This document shows positions 1-10,459 of a stretch of 64,000 nt of DNA, piece by piece. How positions within the stretch are numbered: the first letter of the stretch is position 1; every line of letters starts with the position of its first letter. This DNA comes from Nitrospiraceae bacterium (GTDB taxonomy: Bacteria > Nitrospirota > Nitrospiria > Nitrospirales > UBA2166), in assembly GCA_002726235.1 (NCBI GenBank), contig PBSN01000008.1:228550-292549 (forward strand). Direction: 5' to 3'. The notes beneath the pieces are model-generated. The model made no database searches. It saw only the letters and a list, made by a program, of their open reading frames with translations, and had not been told where the DNA came from. The position numbers were made by a program, and so were the translations under genes.

Positions 1-210
1 CTAGTTCTCTCTTCAAGTAATTCTTTAGCGCACTGCTCGCGGTCTTGCTCAACGACTTTTCCCGTTTTTCTGCTCCCGTCCTTCATAATGCAGTTCTCGT
101 CCTGATTTTGGCTTTCTGTGGTATGGGCGTAGTGACGTCTTGGCGTCCGATACTCATTCTGCATCGTTGCTCTGGGCTAAAATCCGGTTATAGATTGGGA
201 GGTGGTTAAC

Positions 211-1782
211 ATGAGTGGGATTGCACCTTATATTTATATTGGGGTGATCCTGGTCGGCATCATCGTTGGTTTTGGAACCAGTGCACTTCTTCAACGGACT
301 CGCTTGGCCGCAAAGCGTCAAGAGGCTGAAGCCCAGGTTGCCAAGATTATCCGTGATGCAGAGTGGGAAGCAGATGCTAAAACCAGAGAAGCTCAGCTTG
401 AAGCAAAGGATATTGCTTTCAAGGCAAAATTAAAGTTTGAGCAGGAAAGCAAGCGGCGTCAAGATACCTTGGCCTCAACTGAGAAGGCCATACGTAAGTT
501 GGAGGAAGATCTTGAGCGCAGAGTTTCGGGAATTGACAAGCGGGAGGCAGAACTCAAGAAACGTGAGCCTGCTCTTTCCAAAAAGGAAAGTCAGTTGGCT
601 GAGAAGGCTGTTGAGCTTGACCGTAGTTTGGCCGAGCAGCGGCAGGCACTTGAGCGTGTATCTGGGTTGACCGTGCAGCAGGCCAAGGAGATGCTTATTG
701 CTGAGTTGGAAAATGAGGCCAAGTTTGATGCCGCAAAAATGATCAAGCAAATCGAAGATAATGCGCGTGAAACGGCTGAATCCACTGCGATTGAGACAAT
801 CACTAAGGCGGTTCAACGTGTGACGAGAGACTATGTGTCGGAAGCCACAATTTCTGTCGTTCAGCTTCCCAATGAGAGTATGAAGGGACGGATTATTGGA
901 AAAGAGGGGAGGAATATTCGTACGCTTGAGGCTGCCACGGGTGTTGATTTGGTCATCGATGAGACTCCGGAAGCCGTTATCATCTCTGGATTTGATCTTA
1001 TGCGGCGTGAAGTGGCAAAAATCTCTCTAGAACGTCTCATGGCAGACGGACGGATTCACCCAACCCGCATTGAGGAAGTGGTAGAACGAGTTACCAAGGA
1101 CTTGGAAAAGCTTATGATTGATGAGGCTCAGCGGGTGATTCTTGAGCTTGGTCTCCACAATGTGCACATTGAGCTGGTCAAGTTGCTTGGGCGGCTTAAA
1201 TATCGAACAAGCTATGGCCAGAATAATCTTATGCATGCGAGGGAGGCTGCATTAATCAGTGGAATGATGGCGGCTGAGCTTGGACTCGATATACGTCTCG
1301 CTCGACGCGGGGGCCTCATGCACGATATTGGGAAGTCGCTGAGTCATGAGGTCGAAGGGCCTCACGCGATGATTGGTGCTGATGTGGCAAAGAAATACGG
1401 CGAGTCGCCCAAAGTCGTTAATGCCATTGCCGCACATCATGAGCAGGTAGATCCAATTTGTCCAGAATCGGTTTTGGTCGCTGCGGCAGAGGCGCTGTCT
1501 GCTTCGCGGCCTGGAGCGAGACGCGAGACGCTTGAGGCTTATGTAAAGCGGCTTGAGAAGTTGGAAAAAATAGCTACGGGTTTCAAGGGCGTTGACAAGG
1601 CTTATGCTATTCAAGCAGGGCGAGAGGTTCGGGTGCTGGTCCAACATAGAGAGCTTTCTGACATTGAAACCGCGCAGATTAGTCGTGAGCTTGCTAAAAA
1701 GGTTGAGCAGGAACTTACGTATCCCGGTCAAATTAAGATCACGGTGCTTCGAGAGAGCCGCTATGTTGCCTATGCGCGATAA
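211..1782 (+). CDS. rny: Ribonuclease Y
   Basis: N-terminal TM helix, coiled coil, KH domain (MKGRIIGKEGRNIR) and HD domain (MHDIGK). ATG 211 follows a GGGAGG SD; the ORF track starts at GTG 202. Confidence 0.97.
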   Translation: MSGIAPYIYIGVILVGIIVGFGTSALLQRTRLAAKRQEAEAQVAKIIRDAEWEADAKTREAQLEAKDIAFKAKLKFEQESKRRQDTLASTEKAIRKLEEDLERRVSGIDKREAELKKREPALSKKESQLAEKAVELDRSLAEQRQALERVSGLTVQQAKEMLIAELENEAKFDAAKMIKQIEDNARETAESTAIETITKAVQRVTRDYVSEATISVVQLPNESMKGRIIGKEGRNIRTLEAATGVDLVIDETPEAVIISGFDLMRREVAKISLERLMADGRIHPTRIEEVVERVTKDLEKLMIDEAQRVILELGLHNVHIELVKLLGRLKYRTSYGQNNLMHAREAALISGMMAAELGLDIRLARRGGLMHDIGKSLSHEVEGPHAMIGADVAKKYGESPKVVNAIAAHHEQVDPICPESVLVAAAEALSASRPGARRETLEAYVKRLEKLEKIATGFKGVDKAYAIQAGREVRVLVQHRELSDIETAQISRELAKKVEQELTYPGQIKITVLRESRYVAYAR

Positions 1783-1806
1783 TGGCCGTGTTGCTCTGCA
1801 CAACTG

Positions 1807-2586
1807 ATGAAAATTTTCTTCATTGGGGACATTGTTGGTGAGCCAGGCAGAAAGATCGTTGCGCGACACTTACCTAGACTCATCGAACAACATGCAATCG
1901 ATGTGGTGCTTGGGAATGGTGAAAATGCCGCTGGGGGATTTGGTATCACGCCTGATATTGCGCAGGAGCTGTTTGATTACGGGATTGATGTCATTACGAC
2001 GGGAAATCATGTGTGGGATAAAAAAGAAATTCTGGAATATATCCACAATGAACGGAAGCTTCTTCGGCCTGCCAACTATCCTGATGCAGTTCCGGGAAAA
2101 GGCAGTGTTGTCATTGAGACGGCGAAGTGTGGATCGTTAGGCGTATTGCAATTGATGGGGAGGGTAAATATGCCTCTGCTCGATTGTCCCTTTCAGGTTG
2201 CCGAGCGATCTATTGAAATTTTGCAGCGGTCGGTCCAAACAATCGTAGTCGATATGCATGCTGAGGCTACCTCGGAGAAGATGGCTATGGGATGGTATTT
2301 AGATGGGCGAGTAAGTGCTGTATTGGGATCGCACACTCATGTTCAAACGGCAGACGCACGGATTCTCCCCCAGGGAACAGCCTATCTCACGGATATGGGA
2401 ATGACAGGGCCGGTCAATGGGGTTATTGGGATGAAGAAAGAATTGTCTCTTGAGCGTTTTTTGACTCACATGCCACGGAGGCTTGAAGTTGCAAGGGGGC
2501 CATGTGTGTTATCTGGCGTGATTGTCGAGGTTGAACACAAATCGGGAGTCTCCGTTTCGATTGAAAGAGTGCAGGTAAGCGATTGA
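1807..2586 (+). CDS. ymdB: YmdB-family metallophosphoesterase (TIGR00282)
   Basis: GDIVG, NGENAAGG, TGNH, DMHAEATSEK and GSHTHVQT motifs; usual position after rny. Confidence 0.93.
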   Translation: MKIFFIGDIVGEPGRKIVARHLPRLIEQHAIDVVLGNGENAAGGFGITPDIAQELFDYGIDVITTGNHVWDKKEILEYIHNERKLLRPANYPDAVPGKGSVVIETAKCGSLGVLQLMGRVNMPLLDCPFQVAERSIEILQRSVQTIVVDMHAEATSEKMAMGWYLDGRVSAVLGSHTHVQTADARILPQGTAYLTDMGMTGPVNGVIGMKKELSLERFLTHMPRRLEVARGPCVLSGVIVEVEHKSGVSVSIERVQVSD

Positions 2587-3959
2587 AAAATGAAGACATG
2601 ATGGCTAGTCGTGCCACGGCTCGAGCAACAGGCTCTTTTGCGGCCTACACGGTGTCTGAACTCACGAGCTTGATAAGGGCGTCCCTGGAATCTGCATTCG
2701 GGACGATTTGGGTAGAAGGTGAGATCTCGAACTTTCGTTTGGCGCCAAGTGGACATACGTATCTTACGCTAAAGGATGAGGTGAGTGGGATTCGTGCAGT
2801 TGTCTTCCGAGGAGTCGGAAAACGTCTTGGATTTTGTTTGGAAAATGGGCTACGTGTGGTGTGTCGAGGCCGCCTTACCGTGTATGAGCCACGCGGTGAC
2901 TACCAAATCATTATCGATGCGCTTGAACCGAAAGGGATTGGAGCGCGGCAGTTGGCACTCGAACAATTAAAGGCTCGTCTTGCCGACGAGGGGCTGTTTG
3001 ATACCGCACGCAAGCGTGCGCTCCCTTCCTTCCCTCAACAGATTGGCGTTGTAACGTCGATCGCTGGAGCAGTGGTATGGGATATTATCAAGGTTGTTCA
3101 TCGCCGCTTTCCTTTGGCAGATATCTTGATTTTCCCCGTTACGGTTCAAGGTCAATTGGCGGGAAGGGATATTGCCCGGATGATTCGTGAGTTAAACACA
3201 CAAAGGACATCGGACGTTCTGATTGTCGCACGAGGTGGTGGGTCTGCTGAGGACTTGCGGGCGTTTAATGAAGAACAGGTAGCTCGTGCGATTTATCAGA
3301 GCAGGGTTCCAGTGATTTCAGCAGTAGGGCACGAGATTGACTATACTGTGGCGGATCTTGTTGCAGACTACCGAGCTTCGACACCATCCGCTGCTGCAGA
3401 AGCCGCGACTCCTGCTCTCACAGAGCTAGTGAATAGACTTCAATCCAATCACACGAGGCTTGCTCATTCCTTTAGCCGACTGTTACAGCAGTGGTGGGCC
3501 AAGGTGGAGGCTTTGAACGTTGCAGGGTTAGATCCGCAGGCTGTGTTACAGCGATATTTGCAACGTGTGGATGAGTTAGAAACGAGAATTGGTGTGTGTG
3601 TCATGCGCAACATTGATCGTGTGAAAGAGCACGTATTGGGGTTATGTCAGGGCCTTGGATATTGTGGCCCAACCAAACATACTGTTAGGCTGGTCGAGCG
3701 TGTATCACATCTGACGCTTCGTCAAGATAAACAGATTGTATCTTTTCTTGAAACAAAGAGTAGGGCGGTGGAGAGTGCCGGAGCTCGTCTACATGCGTTG
3801 AGTCCACTCGCGGTTTTGGAGAGAGGCTACGCAATTGCCAGACACTGGCCATCATTGAAGCTTTTGCGGGCAGCGACTGATGCGCGGGTACATGATCGCG
3901 TACAGCTTCAGCTTTTCAATGGCTGTCTTCTTTGTAAGGTGCAGGAGGTTCAGCAATAA
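2583..3959 (+). CDS. xseA: Exodeoxyribonuclease VII large subunit
   Basis: OB fold (WVEGEISNF, SGHTYLTLKD), RGGGS, SAVGHEID, TPSAAAE and LSPLAVLERGY motifs. Confidence 0.97.
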   Translation: MKNEDMMASRATARATGSFAAYTVSELTSLIRASLESAFGTIWVEGEISNFRLAPSGHTYLTLKDEVSGIRAVVFRGVGKRLGFCLENGLRVVCRGRLTVYEPRGDYQIIIDALEPKGIGARQLALEQLKARLADEGLFDTARKRALPSFPQQIGVVTSIAGAVVWDIIKVVHRRFPLADILIFPVTVQGQLAGRDIARMIRELNTQRTSDVLIVARGGGSAEDLRAFNEEQVARAIYQSRVPVISAVGHEIDYTVADLVADYRASTPSAAAEAATPALTELVNRLQSNHTRLAHSFSRLLQQWWAKVEALNVAGLDPQAVLQRYLQRVDELETRIGVCVMRNIDRVKEHVLGLCQGLGYCGPTKHTVRLVERVSHLTLRQDKQIVSFLETKSRAVESAGARLHALSPLAVLERGYAIARHWPSLKLLRAATDARVHDRVQLQLFNGCLLCKVQEVQQ

Positions 3960-4010
3960 TGCGTTTGAGTCTGGGAATCCTATCCATCCTGAGATGGAAT
4001 ATCTACAAGG

Positions 4011-4310
4011 ATGTTGCCGATGGCCGTTCGGAAATTTGAAAGCGCCCTTGCACGTCTTGAGGTTATCGTTGCTGAATTGGAGCAAGGAGAATTGCCTATG
4101 GATGCTTCACTGAAAATTTTTGAAGAAGGCGTTCGACTCTCAAAACAGTGTATGAAGATGTTGGAGGATGCGGAAAAAAAAGTTGAGGTTTTGCTTCAGG
4201 GGGAGGATGGGAAAATGTATCCGAAGCCCTTTCCCCCCGACTCTGGGCAGACAAACAAAGATATGATTATTGATGAAGCTGCATCGGCAATTCTAGAGGA
4301 AGAACATTAG
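4011..4310 (+). CDS. xseB: Exodeoxyribonuclease VII small subunit
   Basis: FESALARLEVIVAELEQGELPMDASLKIFEEG motif; follows xseA. The start may be ATG 4020. Confidence 0.95.
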   Translation: MLPMAVRKFESALARLEVIVAELEQGELPMDASLKIFEEGVRLSKQCMKMLEDAEKKVEVLLQGEDGKMYPKPFPPDSGQTNKDMIIDEAASAILEEEH

Positions 4311-5091
4311 TCGGCAAAAGGAACGTCTTGATTGTCACCTCGAGCGTCGCGGTTATGTATCAAGTCGGGAGCAGGCAAAACGCTTTATTCTTGCTGGAGC
4401 TGTTTCTGTCAATGGACAACGAGTCGATAAGGTCGCCTTCTCAATTCCGACCGATGCGCTCATTCATGTAAATAAACCTGACGATACGTACGTGAGCCGA
4501 GGGGGTGTTAAGCTCGCGGCCGCGCTTGATGCATTGCGCGTCGATCCCAGCGGCGCTGTCGTTCTAGATGTTGGGGCATCGACTGGTGGCTTTACTGACT
4601 GTGTTTTGCGGCGGGGTGCAAAAAAGGTATATGCCATAGATGTCGGGTATGGACAACTTGCTTGGAAACTACAGCAGGATCAACGTGTGATCGTTCTTGA
4701 TCGCAAAAATATCAGATACTTGCCAGATGATTGTATCTCTGAACCCATCGACTTGGTCACGATTGACGTCTCATTCATCTCTTTGCGAAACGTGTTGCCT
4801 CGTGTTCGTGAATTTGTAAAACCGGAGGGAGATATTGTGGCATTGGTCAAACCGCAATTTGAAGTTGGAAAAGGCATGGTTGGCCGTGGCGGAATTGTGA
4901 GAGATCCTCGGCAACGAAGTGAGGTTGTTGCGGAAGTAATTGCCGCAGCTCACTCGCTTGGGTTGCGTTCAAAAGGAACGGTCCTGTCCCCTATTACCGG
5001 GCGTGATGGAAACGTTGAGATCTTTGTGCATTTCACGCCGGGGTTTGTATCTGACATGCTCTCGGTTGTGCGTGAGGACCGTATCTCCTGA
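4306..5091 (+). CDS. tlyA: TlyA-family rRNA 2'-O-methyltransferase (S4 + FtsJ domains), probable ATT start
   Basis: YVSRGGVKL, LDVGASTGGFTD and LVKPQFE motifs. The S4 domain (KERLDCHLERRGYVSSREQAKRFILAG) is in frame upstream of the ORF-track start 4492, back to TAG 4294. The only plausible start is ATT 4306. Confidence 0.9.
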   Translation: MSRQKERLDCHLERRGYVSSREQAKRFILAGAVSVNGQRVDKVAFSIPTDALIHVNKPDDTYVSRGGVKLAAALDALRVDPSGAVVLDVGASTGGFTDCVLRRGAKKVYAIDVGYGQLAWKLQQDQRVIVLDRKNIRYLPDDCISEPIDLVTIDVSFISLRNVLPRVREFVKPEGDIVALVKPQFEVGKGMVGRGGIVRDPRQRSEVVAEVIAAAHSLGLRSKGTVLSPITGRDGNVEIFVHFTPGFVSDMLSVVREDRIS

Positions 5092-5092
5092 G

Positions 5093-6019
5093 ATGAAAGT
5101 TTTAGTGACCGGGGGGGCAGGATTTATTGGTTCTCATCTCGTTCACCGCTTTGTGGAGGCAGGACACAATGTCGTGGTGGTTGATAATCTCTCTGCCGGA
5201 AAGCAGAAGAATATTCATCCTAAGGCCCGCTTTTACAAAGTGGATATTACTGGCTCTGGGTTGCGGCGGGTTTTTGAGAAAGAAAAACCAGAGGTTGTCA
5301 GCCATCATGCGGCACAGGCTGGTGTTCGGCAATCGATAGAGGATCCGCTATTTGACGCTCGGGTGAACATTCTTGGAACGATTAATCTTCTCCAAGAATG
5401 TATTGTTGCCAATGTCCGACAAATCATCTTTGCTTCGTCTGGTGGGGCAATCTATCGTGAATCGAAAACGGCACCTCCATCTGAACGTGGTGTGGTGAAA
5501 CCATTGTCTGCGTATGGAATTGGAAAGTTTTCCAGCGACCTTTATCTTCGGTATTTTTGGCATATTTACCGATTGAATTATGTCAGTTTTCGGTACGCAA
5601 ATGTCTATGGTCCTCGGCAGGATCCATCTGGTGAAGCTGGCGTCGTGGCTATTTTTGCGGAAAAGTTGCTCCAAGGAAAGTCTCCAGTTATCAATGGGAC
5701 AGGAAAACAGACGCGTGATTTTGTCTATATCGATGATGTGGTTGAGGCAAACTATCAAGCGTTTCATGCTAAGGCAAGGGGGATATTTAACGTCGGCACT
5801 GGCAAGGAAACATCAATTAATCAAATCTTTCGACACACTGCCGGCTGTATCGATTCGATGATAAAGCCGTCTTTTGGACCTGCGAAACAAGGAGAGGTAA
5901 TGAGAAGCGTATTAGATGCATCACGGATTCGACGCACACTATCTTGGAAGCCGAAAGTTTCGATTAAGGAAGGACTTCGCCGAACGGTTGATTCCTTTAA
6001 AGCGGAGCGGACACGTTAA
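5093..6019 (+). CDS. NAD-dependent epimerase/dehydratase (UDP-glucose 4-epimerase-like)
   Basis: MKVLVTGGAGFIGSH, YGIGK and RYANVYGPRQ motifs. True start is ATG 5093, not 4940. Confidence 0.93.
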   Translation: MKVLVTGGAGFIGSHLVHRFVEAGHNVVVVDNLSAGKQKNIHPKARFYKVDITGSGLRRVFEKEKPEVVSHHAAQAGVRQSIEDPLFDARVNILGTINLLQECIVANVRQIIFASSGGAIYRESKTAPPSERGVVKPLSAYGIGKFSSDLYLRYFWHIYRLNYVSFRYANVYGPRQDPSGEAGVVAIFAEKLLQGKSPVINGTGKQTRDFVYIDDVVEANYQAFHAKARGIFNVGTGKETSINQIFRHTAGCIDSMIKPSFGPAKQGEVMRSVLDASRIRRTLSWKPKVSIKEGLRRTVDSFKAERTR

Positions 6020-6030
6020 GAGAATATCGT

Positions 6031-6363
6031 GTGACCACTGAATCCGAGATTCTTCTCTTATCAACCACATCGACGCGAGCTGAAGCCGAAAGTCTTGGAC
6101 GCTTGCTGATAGAAAAGCGGTTTGTGGCTTGCGTCAATATCATTCCACATCTCATGTCGATTTTTTTGTGGGAAGATTCAATTGCGACTGAAGAGGAAGT
6201 GCTTTTGCTGATGAAATCGACGATGGGACGATTTGAGGATATTGAAAAATTTATCAAAGAACATCATAGCTATTCCGTTCCTGAAATCATTGCCGTGCCG
6301 ATTCTGAAAGGATCGCGTGAGTATCTATCCTGGATACACGAGATGACGAGTGTAACCCCATGA
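6031..6363 (+). CDS. cutA: Divalent-cation tolerance protein CutA
   Basis: ACVNI, SIFLWED and HHSYSVPEII motifs. Confidence 0.93.
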   Translation: MTTESEILLLSTTSTRAEAESLGRLLIEKRFVACVNIIPHLMSIFLWEDSIATEEEVLLLMKSTMGRFEDIEKFIKEHHSYSVPEIIAVPILKGSREYLSWIHEMTSVTP

Positions 6364-6405
6364 CGGTTTGGATGTGGGTTTCTGGCTTGTGGCGTACCGG
6401 AGCGG

Positions 6406-7710
6406 TTACAACTTTAGGACACGGCCTGGAGGGGACTGTACGTCCTTCGTGGCATTTCTGGTATCAATGATTAACGTTGAGTTTGCAACAACGAAAGCCC
6501 AGTCATAACTCGAATGGTCAGTGACGATGACGACACAATCGGCAGCAGTGAGTGCAGAAGGAGTAAGATCCTTGATGAAAGTTGGAGCAGGCGTTGTGGG
6601 ATAGTCTGAGATGTATGGGTCATTCCACGAGATCACTGCTCTTCGAGCCTGCAAAAGGGTGATGATATCCAATGCTGGCGATTCTCTGATATCTGCGACA
6701 TCTTTTTTATAGGATAGCCCCAAGACGAGGATGTTTGACCCATTCACGCTCTTCTTGATCTGATTCAATCCCTCCGCGATCATATCGACAACATATTGAG
6801 GCATCGCTGCGTTGATTTCACCTGCCATTTCAATGAATCGGGCCTTGTAGTTCAAGGTTTTGAGTTTCCACGCTAGATAGTGAGGGTCGACAGGAATGCA
6901 ATGTCCGCCCAATCCTGGGCCAGGATAGAACGGCATAAAGCCATAGGGTTTAGTCGATGCAGCATGAATTACTTCCCACACATCAAGTCCGAGTTTCTGT
7001 GCCATGATTGCCACTTCGTTCACCAAGCCGATGTTGACACTGCGAAACGTATTTTCAAGAAGTTTGACCATTTCTGCAGCCTCGGTTGACGAAACNGGAA
7101 CAAGATGATCAACAATGTTTCCGTAGAGCTTTTCAGCCAATTTGAGGCACTCAGGTGTCGTTCCTCCAATAACTTTGGGAGTGTTTTTGAGCTTGAAATG
7201 TGCATTCCCTGGATCAATTCGTTCAGGAGAAAAGGCCAGAAAAAAGTCCTTTCCCACTCTGAGTCCAGTTTCGCTAAGGCGTGGTAGAACAAGTTCGCAC
7301 GTAGTTCCAGGATATGTGGTACTTTCCAGACATATTAGTTGTTGGGAATGTAGATATTGATGAATTGAATCTGTGGTGTGTAGGATGGACGAGACATCAG
7401 GGTCTTTTGTCTTACTGAGTGGTGTAGGAACACAAATGCAGATAGCGTCAGCCTCTTGAAGTACAGAGAAATTTGTCGTGCCCCTCAAGTGTCCGTTTTG
7501 TGTGACAGCCCTCATGGTGTCATCAGAAACGTCACTGATGTAGTTGTGCCCATTGTTGATGTCAGCAACGCGAGCCTGATTTTTATCGATCCCAACCACG
7601 CGAAAGCCCGCTACAGCGAAATCTATCGCTAATGGTAGGCCGACATATCCCAGCCCAATCACGGCGATTTTTGCTGTCTTGGCTTCAATTTTTTGCAAAA
7701 GGTCATCCAT
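6406..7710 (-). CDS. Nucleotide-sugar dehydrogenase (UDP-GlcNAc/ManNAc 6-dehydrogenase family)
   Basis: GLGYVGLP, ESTTYPGTT, SPERIDPG, KLLENTFRSVNI and GGHCIPVDP motifs. Confidence 0.93.
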   Translation of the reverse strand: MDDLLQKIEAKTAKIAVIGLGYVGLPLAIDFAVAGFRVVGIDKNQARVADINNGHNYISDVSDDTMRAVTQNGHLRGTTNFSVLQEADAICICVPTPLSKTKDPDVSSILHTTDSIHQYLHSQQLICLESTTYPGTTCELVLPRLSETGLRVGKDFFLAFSPERIDPGNAHFKLKNTPKVIGGTTPECLKLAEKLYGNIVDHLVXVSSTEAAEMVKLLENTFRSVNIGLVNEVAIMAQKLGLDVWEVIHAASTKPYGFMPFYPGPGLGGHCIPVDPHYLAWKLKTLNYKARFIEMAGEINAAMPQYVVDMIAEGLNQIKKSVNGSNILVLGLSYKKDVADIRESPALDIITLLQARRAVISWNDPYISDYPTTPAPTFIKDLTPSALTAADCVVIVTDHSSYDWAFVVANSTLIIDTRNATKDVQSPPGRVLKL

Positions 7711-7879
7711 GGTTAGAAGACTCTCTAGTGAAGTGATTAAAGAAGAACTCGTTGTGGCATGGTTTCGCTATCTGTGCTGATATCGTCTGCCGTTTCCGTG
7801 GATCACAGGTTTCCGTGGATCACAGTATCACATAGTTGCAACTGTGGACGTACGTGTGAGTATAGCTTGAAAAAAAACG

Positions 7880-10090
7880 TTGGCAATCTGTGAGAAGCTG
7901 ATGACTGATCCTGATGCCGTGACGAGAATCTCCAAATTGCTGGTGGAGCGATATGCTGGATTAGGTCGGCAAGCCGCAGCGCGGGTCCGCACATGGGTGT
8001 TTGGGAACATCCCCTACGGATACTCGGAGATCATTGTACAGCATTTGACGGATCAACATGTCGATTTACTTTTTGACGCATTTTGGCAGGTGCTTCCGTT
8101 TGGGACTGGAGGGAGACGGGGGCGTGTTGGATATGGTCTGAACCGACTCAATCACACCACCGTAGCGATGACCGTTCAAGGGCACTGTCAGTATTTGCGC
8201 AATGCCCATCCTGGGCGCCGTGATATGGCGGTCGTGATCGCACATGATGTGCGAGTGTTTTACGATATTGCGGGCGTCTATAAATTTTTGGGGGACTCAC
8301 ATCCGCTTCTAGGTGTTTCCTCCCGAGCTCTTGCGAAACTCGCATGTGAAATTTATGCCGGTAATGGGATTCACTGTTATTTTCCTTCGCCGTTGAACGA
8401 CCATGCGGTTCTAACGACTCCGGAGTTGTCATATTTGATCGGCCGTCTCAACGCTGTGGGTGGGATTAACCTTTCGGCGTCTCATAATCCGCCTGACGAC
8501 AATGGGATCAAAGTATATGACCAGTATGGAAGTCAACCTGTGGCCCCTCATGACCAACAGCTAGTGGATTTGATGGAGAAGGCAACGAATGTTACTTCGA
8601 CTCCATTTGATCAGGCACTTCAACGGGGTATGGTCTTGGGCATTCCTGAAACACTGCATCAGGATTATGTGAAGACGTATGTGGTTTTGCACGACGACAT
8701 CCATCTTCCTCAACCGAATGTTTCGGTGATCTATACTCCCTTGTGTGGTTGTGGGTTGACCACGGTTGGTGATGTGTTCACGCAGGCCGAGTTGCCATTT
8801 TTGGTGCCACCAAACGAAGGGCCGGATGGGAGGTTTTCGGTGATTCCGTTCAAGGTGCCTAATCCGGAGGTGTTTCAGGCGACTGAACCTGCTCGCGCAT
8901 TCGCCGATGCAGAAGGTGTTGGAATTGTCTTGTCCAGTGATCCGGACGCTGACCGCGTTGGTTTGGAAGTCAAACTCCAGGATGGCTCATGGTATCACTT
9001 TGACGGAAATCAAATCGCTGCAGTGTTGTGTTATTTTTTGATGCTTGATCCGCAAGGACCCCAACGCAAAGGACTTGTGCTCGAAACGCTTGTGACAACC
9101 AAAATGCTTGGCGCGATTGTTTCGCAGGCAGGGGGATCATGGATTGTTGATGATTTACTGGTTGGGTTTAAGTATGTGGCGGATGTTCTGAATACCCTTG
9201 ATCGTGATGGTCGCTATCGTCATGTGACGTGTTCTTCCGATCAACTCGTGTTGGCTGCTGAAGAAAGCCATGGAATTATGGTCCTTTCTTCAATTCGAGA
9301 GAAGGATGCCACCCCGGCGTGTATGTACCTTGCCATTCTCTACCAGCGCTTGCGGCGTGAGGGCAAGACCATCCTTGACTATTACCTTCATCTCCTGGAG
9401 CAGATTGGTGACTACGCCGATGTCAATCGTTCAATCATGATGGTTGGGGCAGCTGGTATCTTGAGAAGAGATCATATTATGACCTCCTTACGGCACAGCC
9501 CTCCTGAGGTTCTTGCCGGACACGTTGTTCGAAAGGTAATTGATTATTGGGATGAGAATGTATTTGGGACCTTTGCAAGCGAGTCTGATAAATTGTCAAG
9601 AAATATTGTCCAAATGTGTACTGACCAGTATATCGTCACAGTGCGTCCTTCCGGCACGGAGCCGAAGCTGAAACTCTATTGCCAGCTATTACCAGGAAGT
9701 GAACCATCGTCTTTACGTGGCATGAGGTTGTTGGACGAACTTCGAGGAAAGGCTAATTCAATTGCATGCTTGCTGTATTCCGAGTTGCTAAGCTTGATTG
9801 GGGTGTCTATTGGTCATGTTGGGTTGCTTCTGCCCGATATTGTTGATCTGGATCGCAAGTGCGCGTTTGAGCAAAAGACGGTTCCGCAATTACGGGAGAA
9901 ACTTTCAGATGGAAGCCTTACCCACTTACATGAGCTGCATGCATGGCTTGCTGGGGAGGTGTCGGGGCTTATCCCAGGTGTCGATTCTTTGCCGGCATTG
10001 AAAGCACCGGTGGCCTATTTGTGTCGCGAGTGGTCAGCTGAGCTTGGCTCGACTGCTCTGTGTAGGGATCTGCGCAAGTGGGCAATGTGA
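7880..10090 (+). CDS. Phosphoglucomutase/phosphomannomutase with C-terminal extension
   Basis: FGTGGRRG, SASHNP (phosphoserine), DPDADR, EESHG and RPSGTEPKLK motifs. Start uncertain (7880 or 7901). Confidence 0.9.
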   Translation: MAICEKLMTDPDAVTRISKLLVERYAGLGRQAAARVRTWVFGNIPYGYSEIIVQHLTDQHVDLLFDAFWQVLPFGTGGRRGRVGYGLNRLNHTTVAMTVQGHCQYLRNAHPGRRDMAVVIAHDVRVFYDIAGVYKFLGDSHPLLGVSSRALAKLACEIYAGNGIHCYFPSPLNDHAVLTTPELSYLIGRLNAVGGINLSASHNPPDDNGIKVYDQYGSQPVAPHDQQLVDLMEKATNVTSTPFDQALQRGMVLGIPETLHQDYVKTYVVLHDDIHLPQPNVSVIYTPLCGCGLTTVGDVFTQAELPFLVPPNEGPDGRFSVIPFKVPNPEVFQATEPARAFADAEGVGIVLSSDPDADRVGLEVKLQDGSWYHFDGNQIAAVLCYFLMLDPQGPQRKGLVLETLVTTKMLGAIVSQAGGSWIVDDLLVGFKYVADVLNTLDRDGRYRHVTCSSDQLVLAAEESHGIMVLSSIREKDATPACMYLAILYQRLRREGKTILDYYLHLLEQIGDYADVNRSIMMVGAAGILRRDHIMTSLRHSPPEVLAGHVVRKVIDYWDENVFGTFASESDKLSRNIVQMCTDQYIVTVRPSGTEPKLKLYCQLLPGSEPSSLRGMRLLDELRGKANSIACLLYSELLSLIGVSIGHVGLLLPDIVDLDRKCAFEQKTVPQLREKLSDGSLTHLHELHAWLAGEVSGLIPGVDSLPALKAPVAYLCREWSAELGSTALCRDLRKWAM

Positions 10091-10459
10091 TATGAATCGG
10101 CCGTCAAGGTTGAGCCCGTATCTCTTGACGCAACGCTGGTGAGGCGTGTCATTGATGAGGAAATCGGTGATCGTTATTGGATGTGGCTCGGAGTCATTTA
10201 ATATTGTTGCAGGACGCAGGTTGTATGGGATATATGTGGTCAATTAATCGTGACCATAATAGACTTAGGGGGAGTCGAGACCGTGAAAACCCGGATGCAG
10301 TGCTAAGGACATTAATGCGCGCGCCATGCTCCGCACCGGATTTGGAAAGTGTTGCTTTCAGCTTTTTAGTGCATTGGGAGATTCCTAGGCGGGTGTAATG
10401 CGATCCTCCGTTCGGGATACTGGAATGATGGCTGCGTTTCGACAAAGGATATAGCAACG

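Noticed and set aside
1..164. Minus-strand open frame running off the left edge, or 6S RNA upstream of rny
   Set aside because: Truncated, with no recognisable motif or fold.
10155..10247. Short ORF MRKSVIVIGCGSES.. resembling a Rossmann-fold start
   Set aside because: Only about 30 codons with an incomplete GxGxxG; may be a remnant but is unsupported.
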